From assembly GCA_011192075.1 (NCBI GenBank), contig DUER01000144.1:1-55836 (forward strand): a DNA stretch of 55,836 bases, in the 5' to 3' direction. Positions 1 through 10,784 of the stretch are shown one piece after another. The stretch comes from Dehalococcoidia bacterium. GTDB lineage: Bacteria; Chloroflexota; Dehalococcoidia; Dehalococcoidales; S120. Position 1 is the stretch's first letter. Each line of letters opens with the position of its first letter. The notes below the pieces were generated by a model, which saw nothing but the letters and a program-made list of their open reading frames with translations, did not search any database and was not told the DNA's origin. Made by a program: the position numbers and the translations under genes.

Positions 1-110
1 TCAAGCCCCAAACATTACCCACCTTATTAGGACAATAAAGGAAATACATAACCTATTTTAGAGTCTTGCCTTGGCGCAGGCTAACAGCATCTATCATCTG
101 CCCCTAGCTT

Positions 111-1028
111 TTACTGCTGCTTGGGGGGTAGCCATGGTAAGAACCTCCTCCACTCCCTCTTCTCCCATACCAGCAGCAACTGAGGAGCAATACAAATGGA
201 GCTATAGGTTCCAACAACAATACCAATCAGTAGCACTACAGCGAAGTTCTGAATCGATGCCCCAACAAATAAAAACAGGGCTAATACTACAATCAGTGTG
301 GTTAGGCTGGTGTTCAAGGAACGCCCCATGGTCTCAACCAGGCTGTTGTTAACTACAACCTCAAAGTTGGAGCTTAAACCCCGGCTCAAGTTCTCGCGTA
401 TCCTATCAAAGATTACCACGGTATTATTAACACTATAGCCAATAACAGCTAAAAGGCCGGTAATAAACATCAAATTGACCTCCCAGCCTAGTATGCCACC
501 GAGGATGGAGAAGATGCCTAATACCACCAGCACATCATGCACCAAGGCTATTATGGCACAGGTGCCATAATGGAAAGGCTTGGGCATCCTGCGAAATGCC
601 CAGGTAACATAAAGTAGTACGCCGACAGCAGCTGCAAGACAAGCCCACAATGTATTCCAAAACGTCTCCGTAGCCACCATAGGAGACACAGAAGAAAACG
701 CCATTTCTTCAAGACTACCGAATTTAGCCGTCAGGACATTGGTTAGTCCTGCCTTTTCCTCATCACTCAATGTATCGGTTCGGATATAGAAATTCCCTCC
801 TTCGGTACCCTGAACAATGGCATCGGTATAGCCTAGATGAGCCAATTCCTGCCTCAATTCATCGTGAGCTACCTCCTGCTCGAAGCTCACCGTCATCATA
901 GAGCCGCTACTGAACTCAATCCCGGCCCTGAGACGACCAAAAGACGACAGAGAAATAACACCAACAAGTATCACTACCCCTGATATAAGAAAGAACCGAA
1001 ACCTTTTACCCGTAATATCAAACATCAT
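111..1028 (-). CDS. secF: Protein translocase subunit SecF
   Basis: 305-aa ORF with several hydrophobic spans and the SecD/F C-terminal block (NNTVVIFDRIRENL). It overlaps the upstream secD ORF by 4 nt. Confidence 0.9.
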   Translation of the reverse strand: MMFDITGKRFRFFLISGVVILVGVISLSSFGRLRAGIEFSSGSMMTVSFEQEVAHDELRQELAHLGYTDAIVQGTEGGNFYIRTDTLSDEEKAGLTNVLTAKFGSLEEMAFSSVSPMVATETFWNTLWACLAAAVGVLLYVTWAFRRMPKPFHYGTCAIIALVHDVLVVLGIFSILGGILGWEVNLMFITGLLAVIGYSVNNTVVIFDRIRENLSRGLSSNFEVVVNNSLVETMGRSLNTSLTTLIVVLALFLFVGASIQNFAVVLLIGIVVGTYSSICIAPQLLLVWEKREWRRFLPWLPPKQQ

Positions 1029-2614
1029 TTCTTTCCTGAGTATACGGTGAATAGTGAGCGGCGCTTTGCCAGACGAGTGCCTACGAACAGGCGCAACAAA
1101 GTCCGGGTAACCACAATAGCAGTAAACATGCTTACCGCCACGCCGATAAACAGGGTTAGGGCAAAGCCCATTACCGGAGCGCTAGCCACAATACTGCTGC
1201 CTAACCAGTAGAGAACGCCACAGACAATAAAGGTAGTTACATTGCTGTCCCTGATAGCTGTCCAGGCTCGATTAAAGCCAGCCTCAATAGCTGCCCCTAA
1301 TGTCCGCCCTATTCTCAACTCCTCCTTCATTCGTTCAAAGATAAGCACATTAGCATCCACCGCCATCCCTATAGACAGGACAAAGCCACCCAGTCCCGCT
1401 AAGGTAAGAGTGACACCGCCACCCGGCCATAGTTTGAATACCGCCAATACTAAAACCCCATAAAAGATTAGAGCCAGGCTGGCGAGAAGCCCAGGCAGGC
1501 GGTAGTAGACAAGCATAAAAAGCATAACCAAAATAATCCCAATCAAGCCTGCCATAAGGCTCATATCAATAAAATCGGCACCCAATGTCGCTGACACCTT
1601 CTCTTCATAAAGGGGTGGCTTCTCCAGAGGCATGGGCAAAGCGCCCGAGGTAAGCAGATTAGCCAGGCGTGTCACTTCATCCATGGTAAAATTGCCGGTA
1701 ATAGAGCCCTTACCCTGATATTGCGACTCTAAAATCTGGGGAGATGAAATGAGCACGCTGTCAAGGAAAATACCGAGTGACCGCTGTGGCGACCCATATG
1801 CTCCAGAATCATAGATACGCTTAGCAATCTGGTCGAAGATAATTCCACCTTCCTCATTCCACTCAATATCAATCTGGTACTCGCTGCCGGTGGCCTTTTC
1901 AATGATGCCAGGCGCAGCCTTGTCCAAAAGGTCACCGGTGAGCTGGGTACCGTCGTCACCTCGGGCTGGAATCCAGGACAGAAGCGCCGGTAAACCCGGC
2001 TCGGGCTTACTTAACACTTCCTCGACTCGCCTTTCTACCTCCTCCAAATCAATGGGATTACCCGCCTCATCGGTAAAGCGGAGATTACCCTCTTCATCTT
2101 TATCTAGAAAAGCTATAGGATAATATTCTTCATTTGCCTTCTCACCAACAAATATGCGAGTGCCAGCCACATCTTCATTAAAAAACTCGGTACGGGCATT
2201 CTCCAGATAGTCGCTAAGATAAACCGGATTACCTTCCTCATTTAGTTCCACCTGCCTAAAGTCAAGAAAGCCGGTTTGTTCCACCAGACTCTTTGCAGCT
2301 TCAATATCGGTAAATCCGGGAAGCTGTACTACAATTCGCTCACCTCCCTCTCCGTGGATGACAGGCTCGGTGACGCCATATTTATCAATGCGGTTTTGGA
2401 TAGTTTCAAGGGCCCTATCCATAGCCCTTGCTTTCTCCTCGCCAGTAGCCCCCTCAGGGAATTGAGCCTGATACACCAAGTGGACGCCACCAACAAGGTC
2501 AAGCCCCAAACGCATACCTAGAAATTTTTCCCCTTTAGTGGGTAGGACCGTCCATAGGGAAAGGCCAAAGAGGGCCAAAATGATAACAAGAGCTATTATG
2601 TTTCTTCTAGCCAT
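1025..2614 (-). CDS. secD: Protein translocase subunit SecD
   Basis: 529-aa ORF with an N-terminal TM segment, a large periplasmic-type domain and a C-terminal multi-TM block (ANVLIFERMKEELR). It is directly coupled to secF. Confidence 0.9.
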   Translation of the reverse strand: MARRNIIALVIILALFGLSLWTVLPTKGEKFLGMRLGLDLVGGVHLVYQAQFPEGATGEEKARAMDRALETIQNRIDKYGVTEPVIHGEGGERIVVQLPGFTDIEAAKSLVEQTGFLDFRQVELNEEGNPVYLSDYLENARTEFFNEDVAGTRIFVGEKANEEYYPIAFLDKDEEGNLRFTDEAGNPIDLEEVERRVEEVLSKPEPGLPALLSWIPARGDDGTQLTGDLLDKAAPGIIEKATGSEYQIDIEWNEEGGIIFDQIAKRIYDSGAYGSPQRSLGIFLDSVLISSPQILESQYQGKGSITGNFTMDEVTRLANLLTSGALPMPLEKPPLYEEKVSATLGADFIDMSLMAGLIGIILVMLFMLVYYRLPGLLASLALIFYGVLVLAVFKLWPGGGVTLTLAGLGGFVLSIGMAVDANVLIFERMKEELRIGRTLGAAIEAGFNRAWTAIRDSNVTTFIVCGVLYWLGSSIVASAPVMGFALTLFIGVAVSMFTAIVVTRTLLRLFVGTRLAKRRSLFTVYSGKK

Positions 2615-4103
2615 GACCTTCCTTTAATAAACAATCTATATAAGATAGGACTTCTCCTCTGGTAGTCAGCTCACCGGCAGCTTGTGCCTCACGCACCGCC
2701 TCTAAAAGTTCCCCAATTCTAGGTCCTGGGCTCATGCTAAAGATATTAATTAGGTCATGCCCATCAATGAGCTTAGGTGGGCTAACTAAACTCCCCTCTT
2801 GAAAGCGTTGACCGATTACATACTCCACCACTTGAGTATGTTCCCGCCATTGAGCTAGCTCTAGATGTGGACCTCTGGTGGCTAAATGGTCAGCCAAGCT
2901 CAAAAATAGTGTGTCAATGCCAGCCTCCCCGGTATCACGAAAGTAGCGGTAGATAGCGCGTCGGGTGGGCAATCCATTATGGCTCATCTGCATTGGTCTA
3001 AGGTGATGCCTGACCACAATTTCCACCAGTTTTACCTCTTTGGTGCTAAATCTCAGCCTTTCCAGGATATTAACCACCATAGCTGCCCCATCCTTGGCAT
3101 GACCTAAAAAACGCATCCGACCATTAGCCTCAATAGCCTTAGTTTGGGGTTTGGCAACATCATGAAGCAGTGCCGCCAGTTTGAGCAATATTCCTCTGGT
3201 GCTACCCCAACTAACCTCTAAATCAAAGTGTTGAGCTAGCTTTGCCGACCACGGGGCAACAGCCAAGACCTCCTCACCAGCATATCCCCAGGCTCCCCGC
3301 CTAAGTAAAAAATCAACGGTATCTACCGTCTCTATTGAATGGTCAAAAACATCCCATAAGTGTTCCTTAGGCTGCTTGACCCCCTTTGCTTGAGCTAGCT
3401 CTGGAATTATAGCCATAATTAAACCTAACTCATCAAGGTAGTGCAAAAATTGTCTGGCTTGAGAAACAGCCAATAGCTGAAGCAGCTCTTCTCTTATCCG
3501 CTCGCCAGGTACATGGGTTATAAGGTGAGAGTAGTGCCGAATTAGACTCTCGGTCTCATTATCAATGGTAAAACCAAGCTCTGCTGCCAAACGCACCGCT
3601 CGTAATAAGCGCACCGCATCCGATTTAAAAGCCGTGTCAGCAACAACCCGAAGCACACCCCGTTGCAGGTCGTTCCAGCCATTAAAGGGGTCTATGAGCT
3701 GAATATCTATCTGTTCTTTACCTAACCGGCTAAGGTCAACTGCCATGGCATCTATAGTGAAATCACGCTGCGCCAAGTCCTGCTCAATGTTACCCTTAAG
3801 TGTGCTGAAATCAAGCTCCCACCGACCTTCTTCATTGACCAGAACTACCCTACCCACCCTATTTATACCATCTAACAAGACATACTTACCACCAAGAGCA
3901 GTAGCTATTTGGTGAGCAACCTCTAGGGCATCTCCCTTGACAGTAATATCAATATCAGCCGTACTTCTCTCCAGCAGTACATCACGTAAAACCCCCCCAA
4001 CAAGATACGACTTTATATCCTGCTCAACGAGAAAATTACTTACCGTGGTCAGTGGTAATAAGGCTTGAGGCTTAATCGATAGCTTCAAATCTTTCATCTG
4101 CAT
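2607..4103 (-). CDS. cca: tRNA nucleotidyltransferase (CCA-adding) / poly(A) polymerase family protein with HD domain
   Basis: 498-aa ORF with a nucleotidyltransferase head (LVGGVLRDVLL, DIDITV) and a C-terminal HD-type block (LLHDVAKP, VVRHHLRP). Confidence 0.75.
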   Translation of the reverse strand: MQMKDLKLSIKPQALLPLTTVSNFLVEQDIKSYLVGGVLRDVLLERSTADIDITVKGDALEVAHQIATALGGKYVLLDGINRVGRVVLVNEEGRWELDFSTLKGNIEQDLAQRDFTIDAMAVDLSRLGKEQIDIQLIDPFNGWNDLQRGVLRVVADTAFKSDAVRLLRAVRLAAELGFTIDNETESLIRHYSHLITHVPGERIREELLQLLAVSQARQFLHYLDELGLIMAIIPELAQAKGVKQPKEHLWDVFDHSIETVDTVDFLLRRGAWGYAGEEVLAVAPWSAKLAQHFDLEVSWGSTRGILLKLAALLHDVAKPQTKAIEANGRMRFLGHAKDGAAMVVNILERLRFSTKEVKLVEIVVRHHLRPMQMSHNGLPTRRAIYRYFRDTGEAGIDTLFLSLADHLATRGPHLELAQWREHTQVVEYVIGQRFQEGSLVSPPKLIDGHDLINIFSMSPGPRIGELLEAVREAQAAGELTTRGEVLSYIDCLLKEGHG

Positions 4104-4189
4104 CTAAAGCTAAACTATACTACCAATACGCTAGTTTATCAAGGGGGATACAATAAAGTTGCTTTTTAGCAAATTTTAATTGAAAGTAC

Positions 4190-4590
4190 TTGACAACTGG
4201 CAAAGAATTAAGCAACCATAAGTATAATAACCTATCTGAGCTAGCCCACGTCATGGGAATCTCGGTAAGTCAAATTTACCAGGTGAAAGAAGGCAAGCGC
4301 AACATCAATCAAAATTCATTATCGGGGCGATAAAAGCCTTCCCTGAGCACAACCTTGATGACCTCATTTATCTCACACACGAATCGCCAACTGTCAAGGA
4401 GAAAGAGTCAAAAGACAAAACGCAGCAAGCATTGGAAAAGTTTACCTCAAGTATAAATGAATATGCCCGGCACCTCAAGAGCCACACTAGTGCCCTAAGC
4501 AGCCTTAGGCAGGTATCTCAGGAACTGAGGGAGGCTGCCGAGAAAATAAATAAGGTTGTGAATCACCTATATAGAAGTTTAGTCAATTAA
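4190..4590 (+). pseudogene. XRE-type HTH protein, frameshifted in an A-run (or a homopolymer sequencing error)
   Basis: The frame from TTG 4190 to TAA 4333 reads ..NLSELAHVMGISVSQIYQVKEGKRNINQ. Shifting one base inside AAAA 4311-4314 continues as KFIIGAIKAFPEHNLDDLIYL.. up to TAA 4588-4590. Neither piece is in the supplied ORF track. Confidence 0.45.
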
Positions 4591-4684
4591 CTTTATAGCA
4601 AGAAGCCCCTCAGCTAAAATCGAGCTTCCTCTAGCTTAATTCGTACTTTATGCACACTATTCAGATAACACTAAGCGGCAAGCT

Positions 4685-7129
4685 TCAAACTAGACCCACC
4701 GGGTCAATGTCTACTGTCCAGCCCTGGGGAAAGGGTATCTGCGATAGAAAAGCAGAGAGCTCAGAGCCACGAAGTATGAGCTGCCACCGAAACCGACCCC
4801 TCAGTCTATGAACAAAAGCCGGGGCAGGACCAATTAGACTGAGGTCGGCTATTCCCTTTGAGTCTCTTTCCTCGATTAGAAGGCGCTTCATCCTTTCCGA
4901 CTCTCTCTGACAAAGAGCATCGTTAATGTGGCTATAAACAAGACTTGCCAGTCGGGTAAAGGGAGGGTTATGAAGCTGGCATCGGTAGGCAATCTCTCTA
5001 TCATAAAAAAGGGTATAGCCGTGCTTAGCTGCTGCCCGAATGGCATAATGCTCTGGAGAATAGGTCTGAATGATAACCTGCCCCCCTAAAATGCCGCGCC
5101 CAGCCCTCCCCGCCACCTGACTCAGGAGCTGAAAGGTCCTCTCCCCTGCCCGGAAGTCAGGCAGGTTTAAACTGGTATCAGCACTCACTACCCCAACCAG
5201 AGTAATTAGAGGTAAATCCAACCCCTTGGCAATCATTTGTGTGCCGATAAGAACATCAGCCTGGTGGGTACGGAACTTATCTAATATTTCCCGATGTGAA
5301 TACTTCCCTCTAGTAGCATCACTATCCCAACGCAGCAGCCTGGCTTGAGGAAAAGTATAACTGGCTTCTTGCTCCAGCTTCTGAGTGCCAACACCTAAAA
5401 ATTTTATTCGGCGACTCAAACACCGCGGGCAAACTTGAGGCACCGATATTCTGTAGTTACATTGATGGCAAACCAATATATCCTTATCAAAATGATGGGT
5501 AAGGGCAACCTCACAACGCTTACAACGGAAGATAAAACCACAGCTACGGCATTGAATAAAGCTAGCGGCTCCCCTTCGATTTAGAAATAGCATCACCTGC
5601 TCGCCACTGGCTACAGCTTTAGCCATAGCTTGAGACAGGGCACGACTAAAAAGGCTCCTATTCCCTGCCTTAAGCTCATCCCTTAAATCTACTACCTCAA
5701 CTTGGGGTAGGGGTGAAGCCTCATCGGGGACAACCCGCTCCGGAAGCTGAAGCAGGCAGTAGTCCCCTCTTCGAGCATGGTAAAAAGTCTCTACATCAGG
5801 AGTAGCACTACCCAGAATAATTACCGCCCCGGTTAACTCAGCCAACTTGATGGCTACATCGCAAGCGTGGTAGCGAGGCGATTTGTCCTGCTGTTTATAA
5901 GTCCATTCATGCTCCTCATCAATAACGATGAGACCCAAGTCAGGTTGAGGTGCGAAAATAGCACTCCGAGGGCCTATGACTACATCACATTCCCCGTTTC
6001 TAATTCGCTGCCACTCATCGAATTGCTCACCCAGGGAAAGCTTACTATGAAGCACAGCCACTTTATGGGGAAAGCGCGAGGCAAATCGCTCTATAATCTG
6101 AGTAGTAAGGGCAATCTCGGGAACCAAAACGATGCCCCGCTTACCCAGCCTCACTGCCTCAGCCAGAGCCTGGAGATAAATCTCTGTTTTGCCGCTTCCA
6201 GTAACCCCGTGGAGTAGAAAAACGGTCGGTGAAGCATGGCCCTCTGCCCCCCGGAGCAAGCTTGATTGAATAGACTCGAAGGCTGATTTTTGGGCAGCGG
6301 TAAGGGTTAACGGCTCTGATGGAGTTATACCTTGATAGGAAAGCGGTTCGCGTTTTACCTCAATATGCTGAGCTTTCACTAAACCCCTGCTGAGTAGAGC
6401 ATCAGTCACCGCTTTATCACAGTTAACCCTCTGCCTAGCTTCCACCCAGGATACCGGTTGGGACTGCTGAGTTAAGAAGTCGAGGAGAGCCGCCTGTTTG
6501 ACAGCTTTTTTTTCACGCAGCCTGGCTGCCTCTTGCTGAGCCTCACTCGTCTTAACTGCCAGGCTAAGGTAAAGCTCTTCCTTTGGCCTTACTTTAACCC
6601 TCTCCAGCTCATAACTCCTGACTACTAGACCTCGTCCTACCAGTTGTGAGACAACTGTCTGTGCCTTTTTCTTGCCTAATGCCTTCTCAAGCTCCCTGAG
6701 ACTAACTTTACCTTGTTTCCGAAGTAGCTCAAGGACATCCCTCTTCTCCTGTGTAAGAGAGGATATATCATGTTCATGAGCGGTTGAGAGACTAGAGATA
6801 AAGGTGATTACCTTTCGCTCAAATCCTGGTGGTAGCATTAAAGCCACAGCGTCAAAAAGGGGTGATAGATAATGCTCGCTTATCCAGCGAGCTAATAATA
6901 CATGGAATGGTGACAGCAGAGGACGGGGCTCAATAACACCAGCTATTTCTCTTGCTTCCTCCACAGAAGGGTAATGCTTTAGCTCTAAGACAATACCCTG
7001 GAGAAGCTTATCACCAAAGGGAACCCATACCGCTTGCCCCACCTCAATACTCAGACCGGAGGGAATAGCATAGCTAAATGCCCGACGCTGAGCTACTGGT
7101 GAATTAACACTAACCTCAGCATACCCCAC
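4685..7129 (-). CDS. priA: Primosomal protein N' (replication restart helicase PriA)
   Basis: 814 aa with Walker A GVTGSGKTE, the VIDEEHE box, and a Cys-rich zinc insert (CRSCG..CKRC..CHQC..CPRC). Confidence 0.9.
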   Translation of the reverse strand: MGYAEVSVNSPVAQRRAFSYAIPSGLSIEVGQAVWVPFGDKLLQGIVLELKHYPSVEEAREIAGVIEPRPLLSPFHVLLARWISEHYLSPLFDAVALMLPPGFERKVITFISSLSTAHEHDISSLTQEKRDVLELLRKQGKVSLRELEKALGKKKAQTVVSQLVGRGLVVRSYELERVKVRPKEELYLSLAVKTSEAQQEAARLREKKAVKQAALLDFLTQQSQPVSWVEARQRVNCDKAVTDALLSRGLVKAQHIEVKREPLSYQGITPSEPLTLTAAQKSAFESIQSSLLRGAEGHASPTVFLLHGVTGSGKTEIYLQALAEAVRLGKRGIVLVPEIALTTQIIERFASRFPHKVAVLHSKLSLGEQFDEWQRIRNGECDVVIGPRSAIFAPQPDLGLIVIDEEHEWTYKQQDKSPRYHACDVAIKLAELTGAVIILGSATPDVETFYHARRGDYCLLQLPERVVPDEASPLPQVEVVDLRDELKAGNRSLFSRALSQAMAKAVASGEQVMLFLNRRGAASFIQCRSCGFIFRCKRCEVALTHHFDKDILVCHQCNYRISVPQVCPRCLSRRIKFLGVGTQKLEQEASYTFPQARLLRWDSDATRGKYSHREILDKFRTHQADVLIGTQMIAKGLDLPLITLVGVVSADTSLNLPDFRAGERTFQLLSQVAGRAGRGILGGQVIIQTYSPEHYAIRAAAKHGYTLFYDREIAYRCQLHNPPFTRLASLVYSHINDALCQRESERMKRLLIEERDSKGIADLSLIGPAPAFVHRLRGRFRWQLILRGSELSAFLSQIPFPQGWTVDIDPVGLV

Positions 7130-7204
7130 CAGCTAAGCCTACCTTTTGCTTTTTTAATAAGTAACGCCCAAAAAAGAAGCAAAATCCGCCCATGATGCGG
7201 CTTT

Positions 7205-7573
7205 CTATTCTTGTCCCTTTTGCTTTTCCTTATCTACCCGCTTTTCCTTGATACGAGCCTTCTTAGCACTAAGCCCGCGCAGGTAATAAAGCCTAGCCCG
7301 GCGTACCTTTCCATGGCGCACTACCTCCACCTTCTCCACCAGCGGCGAGTATAGCGGGAAAGTACGCTCTACCCCTACCCCATAAGCAACACGCCTCACC
7401 GTGAAGTTAGCACCGACCCCACCATGCCGAACCTTAATCACCACGCCTTGGAATAACTGGGTGCGCTCCTTCTCCCCCTCTATAATCCTAGCACCAACCT
7501 TTACCGTATCACCCGAAGCAAGAGTCGGAATATTGGGATTTGGTTTCAATTCAATTAGGTATTCATTATTCAT
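7205..7573 (-). CDS. rplS: 50S ribosomal protein L19
   Basis: 122 aa. The L19-like sequence includes GDTVKV, FQGVVI and RRARLYYLR. It follows trmD, as in the canonical operon. Confidence 0.95.
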   Translation of the reverse strand: MNNEYLIELKPNPNIPTLASGDTVKVGARIIEGEKERTQLFQGVVIKVRHGGVGANFTVRRVAYGVGVERTFPLYSPLVEKVEVVRHGKVRRARLYYLRGLSAKKARIKEKRVDKEKQKGQE

Positions 7574-7593
7574 TATGCAAACTCCTAGACCAA

Positions 7594-8340
7594 CTAAGAT
7601 TGTTTCCGCCCATCTATTAGCTGCTTTTCCTCCAAGGATAGATTAGCTTTATCTAATAGCTCGGGACGACGCTCCAGCGTGCGCAGGATAGACCACTCGC
7701 GGCGCCACTTAGCGATTTGAGCATGGTTCCCTGAAAGTAAGACCTGGGGCACTGACCATCCTCTATATGCCGCCGGGCGCGTGTACTGGGGATATTCCAA
7801 CAGCCCAGTGGTATGAGAATCATCTAATGGCGAAGCCTCTGAGCCAAGAACCCCGGGCAATAACCTGACTACAGCATCCACAACCACCATAGCCGCTAGC
7901 TCACCACCACTAAGCACGTAATCCCCGATACTAATCTCATCAGTAACCAGGTGCTGGCGCACTCGCTCATCAACACCTTCATAGCGACCACAGATAAGAA
8001 TTATATGCCTATATCTTGATAGCTCATGAGTAACCTCTTGTGTAAAAAGGCGACCCTGTGGGGTAAGCAGAAGAATTGGCAATGCGTCAGCCCCTTCTTT
8101 AGAGTATATATCTGATTTCATTGACTCTACCGCCTCAAAAATAGGTTCGGGCTTAAGTATCATGCCGGCACCACCACCATAAGCGTAGTCATCAACGGTA
8201 TGATGCGTATCACGAGTATAGTCTCGAATATTATGAGTATTAACACTAACCAACTTCTGGTCAATAGCCCGTTTAAAGATACCCACACTAAACGGGCTTT
8301 GAAACATCTCGGGGAACAGAGTTAAAATATCAATACGCAA
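7594..8340 (-). CDS. trmD: tRNA (guanine37-N1)-methyltransferase
   Basis: 248 aa. The N-terminus [13 protein letters not shown] and the YGGGAGM and RYEGVDERV blocks are typical of TrmD. Confidence 0.95.
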   Translation of the reverse strand: MRIDILTLFPEMFQSPFSVGIFKRAIDQKLVSVNTHNIRDYTRDTHHTVDDYAYGGGAGMILKPEPIFEAVESMKSDIYSKEGADALPILLLTPQGRLFTQEVTHELSRYRHIILICGRYEGVDERVRQHLVTDEISIGDYVLSGGELAAMVVVDAVVRLLPGVLGSEASPLDDSHTTGLLEYPQYTRPAAYRGWSVPQVLLSGNHAQIAKWRREWSILRTLERRPELLDKANLSLEEKQLIDGRKQS

Positions 8341-8345
8341 CCGCC

Positions 8346-8855
8346 CTAATCCTCCCCGATGTCCGGAGCCAGGTGTTCAGTTACCTCACCTTGAATAATC
8401 TCCACAGCATGAGGGATGATGGGTAATACTACGCTAAGGCACTGGCGAACTGCCTCAGGACTACCCGGTAGGTTAATGATGAGGCACTTCCCCCTAATAC
8501 CAGCCACAGCTCGACTCAGCATAGCCATTGGTGTCAAGCTAAAGGTTTTAGCCCTCATCGCCTCAGTGAAACCAGGCACCACCTTATCCAGTATTGACAT
8601 AGTGGCTTCAGGGGTAACATCACGCTGGCTTAACCCGGTACCACCCGTAGTTAGAATAAAATCCATGCTCCCTTCATCAGCCCAGCCAGCTAGCTTGCCG
8701 GCAATAACATCCCTCTCATCTGGAATAACCTCATACTTAACTATATAACTATCCACTAGCAGAGATAGGCTATCCCTTATTGCCTGACCACTCATATCAT
8801 GGCGCTCTCCGCGAGATGCCTTATCACTGATGGTAAGTATCCCCAATCTAAACAT
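8346..8855 (-). CDS. mog: Molybdopterin adenylyltransferase-type protein (MogA/MoaB family)
   Basis: Carries [29 protein letters not shown] and NLPGSP motifs. ATG 8855 is preferred over GTG 8864 because AGGTGG lies 5 nt upstream of it. Confidence 0.8.
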   Translation of the reverse strand: MFRLGILTISDKASRGERHDMSGQAIRDSLSLLVDSYIVKYEVIPDERDVIAGKLAGWADEGSMDFILTTGGTGLSQRDVTPEATMSILDKVVPGFTEAMRAKTFSLTPMAMLSRAVAGIRGKCLIINLPGSPEAVRQCLSVVLPIIPHAVEIIQGEVTEHLAPDIGED

Positions 8856-8973
8856 AATAACCACCTTTCCCGAACGAATCTTATTTTACCACATTTAAAG
8901 TGTATAAGAAAATCAGAAAATTCAAAAAATAATTAACCCAAAAGACTTGACAAGACCTAGTGGTTATGTTCTA

Positions 8974-9010
8974 AAATGGTAGGTAGTGGGAGATAGTGGG
9001 GGAAAATGGA
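8974..9010 (+). promoter_or_regulatory. Putative MraZ operator: four 10-bp-phased TGG(G)-type direct repeats
   Basis: Repeats are AAATGGT at 8974, TAGTGGG at 8984, TAGTGGG at 8994 and AAATGGA at 9004, with one more TAGTGG at 8958. They lie downstream of a TTGACA at 8947-8952. The architecture matches the phased TGGG-repeat operators described for MraZ. Confidence 0.5.
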
Positions 9011-9131
9011 AGATTCGCAAATGTTTTCTGGGGAATTTGAGGACAAGATTAATGGAAAGGGTGAGGTAGAAAAGTACCTTACCGTCTACCCACTAGCTGA
9101 GTGTAAAAACTGGCTGTCTGCAATTTATTAG
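9006..9131 (+). pseudogene. Degenerate partial copy of the mraZ 5' region
   Basis: The 41-codon ORF reads MEDSQMFSGEFEDKINGKGEVEKYLTVYPLAECKNWLSAIY. Bases 9021-9068 align with true mraZ 9217-9264, and 9069-9113 align with 9328-9370. The roughly 60-66 nt between those blocks in true mraZ is absent. Confidence 0.55.
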
Positions 9132-9216
9132 TTAGAATGCGCTGCAATGGGTTCAGTTCAGAGCACCAGTCAGTTAGACAATAAAGGTGGGAGAAGCCGG
9201 AGCGGAAGGTTTTAAG

Positions 9217-9645
9217 ATGTTTTTTGGTGAATTCGAGTACAGGATTGACGAGAAGGGAAGAGTACCCATCCCGCCCAAGTTCAGAAGAGAATTGAGAGAG
9301 GGGGTGGTCATCTTAGCCCCAGGGGTAGAGAAGTGCATCACCGCCTACCCAGTAGCTGAGTGGAAAAAGTTAGCCACTACTCTCACCTCCGCTTCCCCCT
9401 CACAGAGCAAATTAAGGCGGCTAAATCGGGCTCTTTTTGCTGGTACCTTCAGTCTTAACATTGACAAACAGAATAGAATAGCCCTGCCCGTTCCCTTACG
9501 ACAGCATGCTGGGATTGAGAACGAGGTCATCATAGCCGGGGCTAATAACTATTTTGAGCTGTGGGATAAAGACCAGTGGCAAGAAGAGAAGGACATTAGC
9601 CAAGAGCAGGTATGGCAAATCATAGAAAGCCTGGAGAGACACTAA
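9217..9645 (+). CDS. mraZ: Transcriptional regulator MraZ
   Basis: [23 protein letters not shown], followed by a second SpoVT/AbrB-like repeat ([14 protein letters not shown]). The start is trimmed to ATG 9217. Confidence 0.9.
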   Translation: MFFGEFEYRIDEKGRVPIPPKFRRELREGVVILAPGVEKCITAYPVAEWKKLATTLTSASPSQSKLRRLNRALFAGTFSLNIDKQNRIALPVPLRQHAGIENEVIIAGANNYFELWDKDQWQEEKDISQEQVWQIIESLERH

Positions 9646-10700
9646 TGCATATCCCAGTCTTACTCAAGGAGGCTATTGAGGCACTGGGTGTTCAGCCTGG
9701 GGGTCGCTACATTGATTGCACTGTGGGAGGTGGAGGGCATGCTGCAGCCATTCTAGAACAGAGCTCACCTGGCGGGCAATTATTGGGCATCGACGCTGAC
9801 CCCAAAGCTGTAGAAACAGCTAGAGCCAGGCTTGAAGCCCATAGTAAGTCAATCCTTCTAATCAACGAAAATTTCGCTAATTTACAGGCTATCTGCATCA
9901 AGTATGACTTCTTCCCGGTACACGGTATCTTATTTGACCTGGGACTGTCATCCTTACAGCTCAATAATGATGAGCGTGGTTTCAGCTTCCAACACGATGC
10001 CCCTTTAGACATGCGTTTGAGTCCCAGCCAGAAGGTTACCGCCGCTGATATCATTAACACATTCTCTGAGACCGAATTAGCCCATCTAATAAGAACCTAC
10101 GGTGAGGAAAGATACAGCCATAAAATAGCACCCTACATCGTGCAACAACGCCCCATACAGACTACCCTTCGCCTAGCTCACATCCTAGAGCTGGCTATCA
10201 GAGGCAGAAAGGGTAGGATTCACCCTGCCACCAGAACGTTCCAGGCTTTACGAATAGCCGTTAACCAGGAACTTGAGCACCTAGAAGCAGCCCTAAGACA
10301 GGCCGTTAGCCTCCTCGGGATTAACGGCAGACTGGTCGTCATTAGCTATCACTCCCTTGAAGACCGCATAGTGAAACAGTTCACGCAACGAGAGGCAAAG
10401 GACTGTATTTGCCCCCCAAGCACACTAACCTGCGTTTGTGGACACAAAGCCATCTTGAGGTTAATCAGTAAGAAGGTTATTACTCCCTCTCTGGCTGAGG
10501 TTCAACTTAATCCCCGGAGCCGTAGTGCTAAGTTGAGAGCGGCTGAGCACGTTATTACCCGAAATGAGCAATTATTTTATCATGATATAGCTGAGGGCCT
10601 ACGTTTTCCAGCGGGGATTGAAGCTAGGGGGTGGAGAAGACCGGCTTTGGTGGAAAAGCTGCGAAGGACTTTTGTAGCCCTCCAGATTAATAATTCTTGA
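9645..10700 (+). CDS. rsmH: 16S rRNA (cytosine1402-N4)-methyltransferase
   Basis: [13 protein letters not shown] and [10 protein letters not shown] motifs. The TAATG junction overlaps the mraZ stop. It has a C-terminal tail about 40 aa longer than a typical RsmH. Confidence 0.9.
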   Translation: MHIPVLLKEAIEALGVQPGGRYIDCTVGGGGHAAAILEQSSPGGQLLGIDADPKAVETARARLEAHSKSILLINENFANLQAICIKYDFFPVHGILFDLGLSSLQLNNDERGFSFQHDAPLDMRLSPSQKVTAADIINTFSETELAHLIRTYGEERYSHKIAPYIVQQRPIQTTLRLAHILELAIRGRKGRIHPATRTFQALRIAVNQELEHLEAALRQAVSLLGINGRLVVISYHSLEDRIVKQFTQREAKDCICPPSTLTCVCGHKAILRLISKKVITPSLAEVQLNPRSRSAKLRAAEHVITRNEQLFYHDIAEGLRFPAGIEARGWRRPALVEKLRRTFVALQINNS

Positions 10701-10784
10701 GACGATGAAAAGCGGAGGTTCAAAATGTGAGAAAAAATCAAACCATTTAAAGGCGACAAGAATTTAGCTAAAAAGGAGGGGCAG

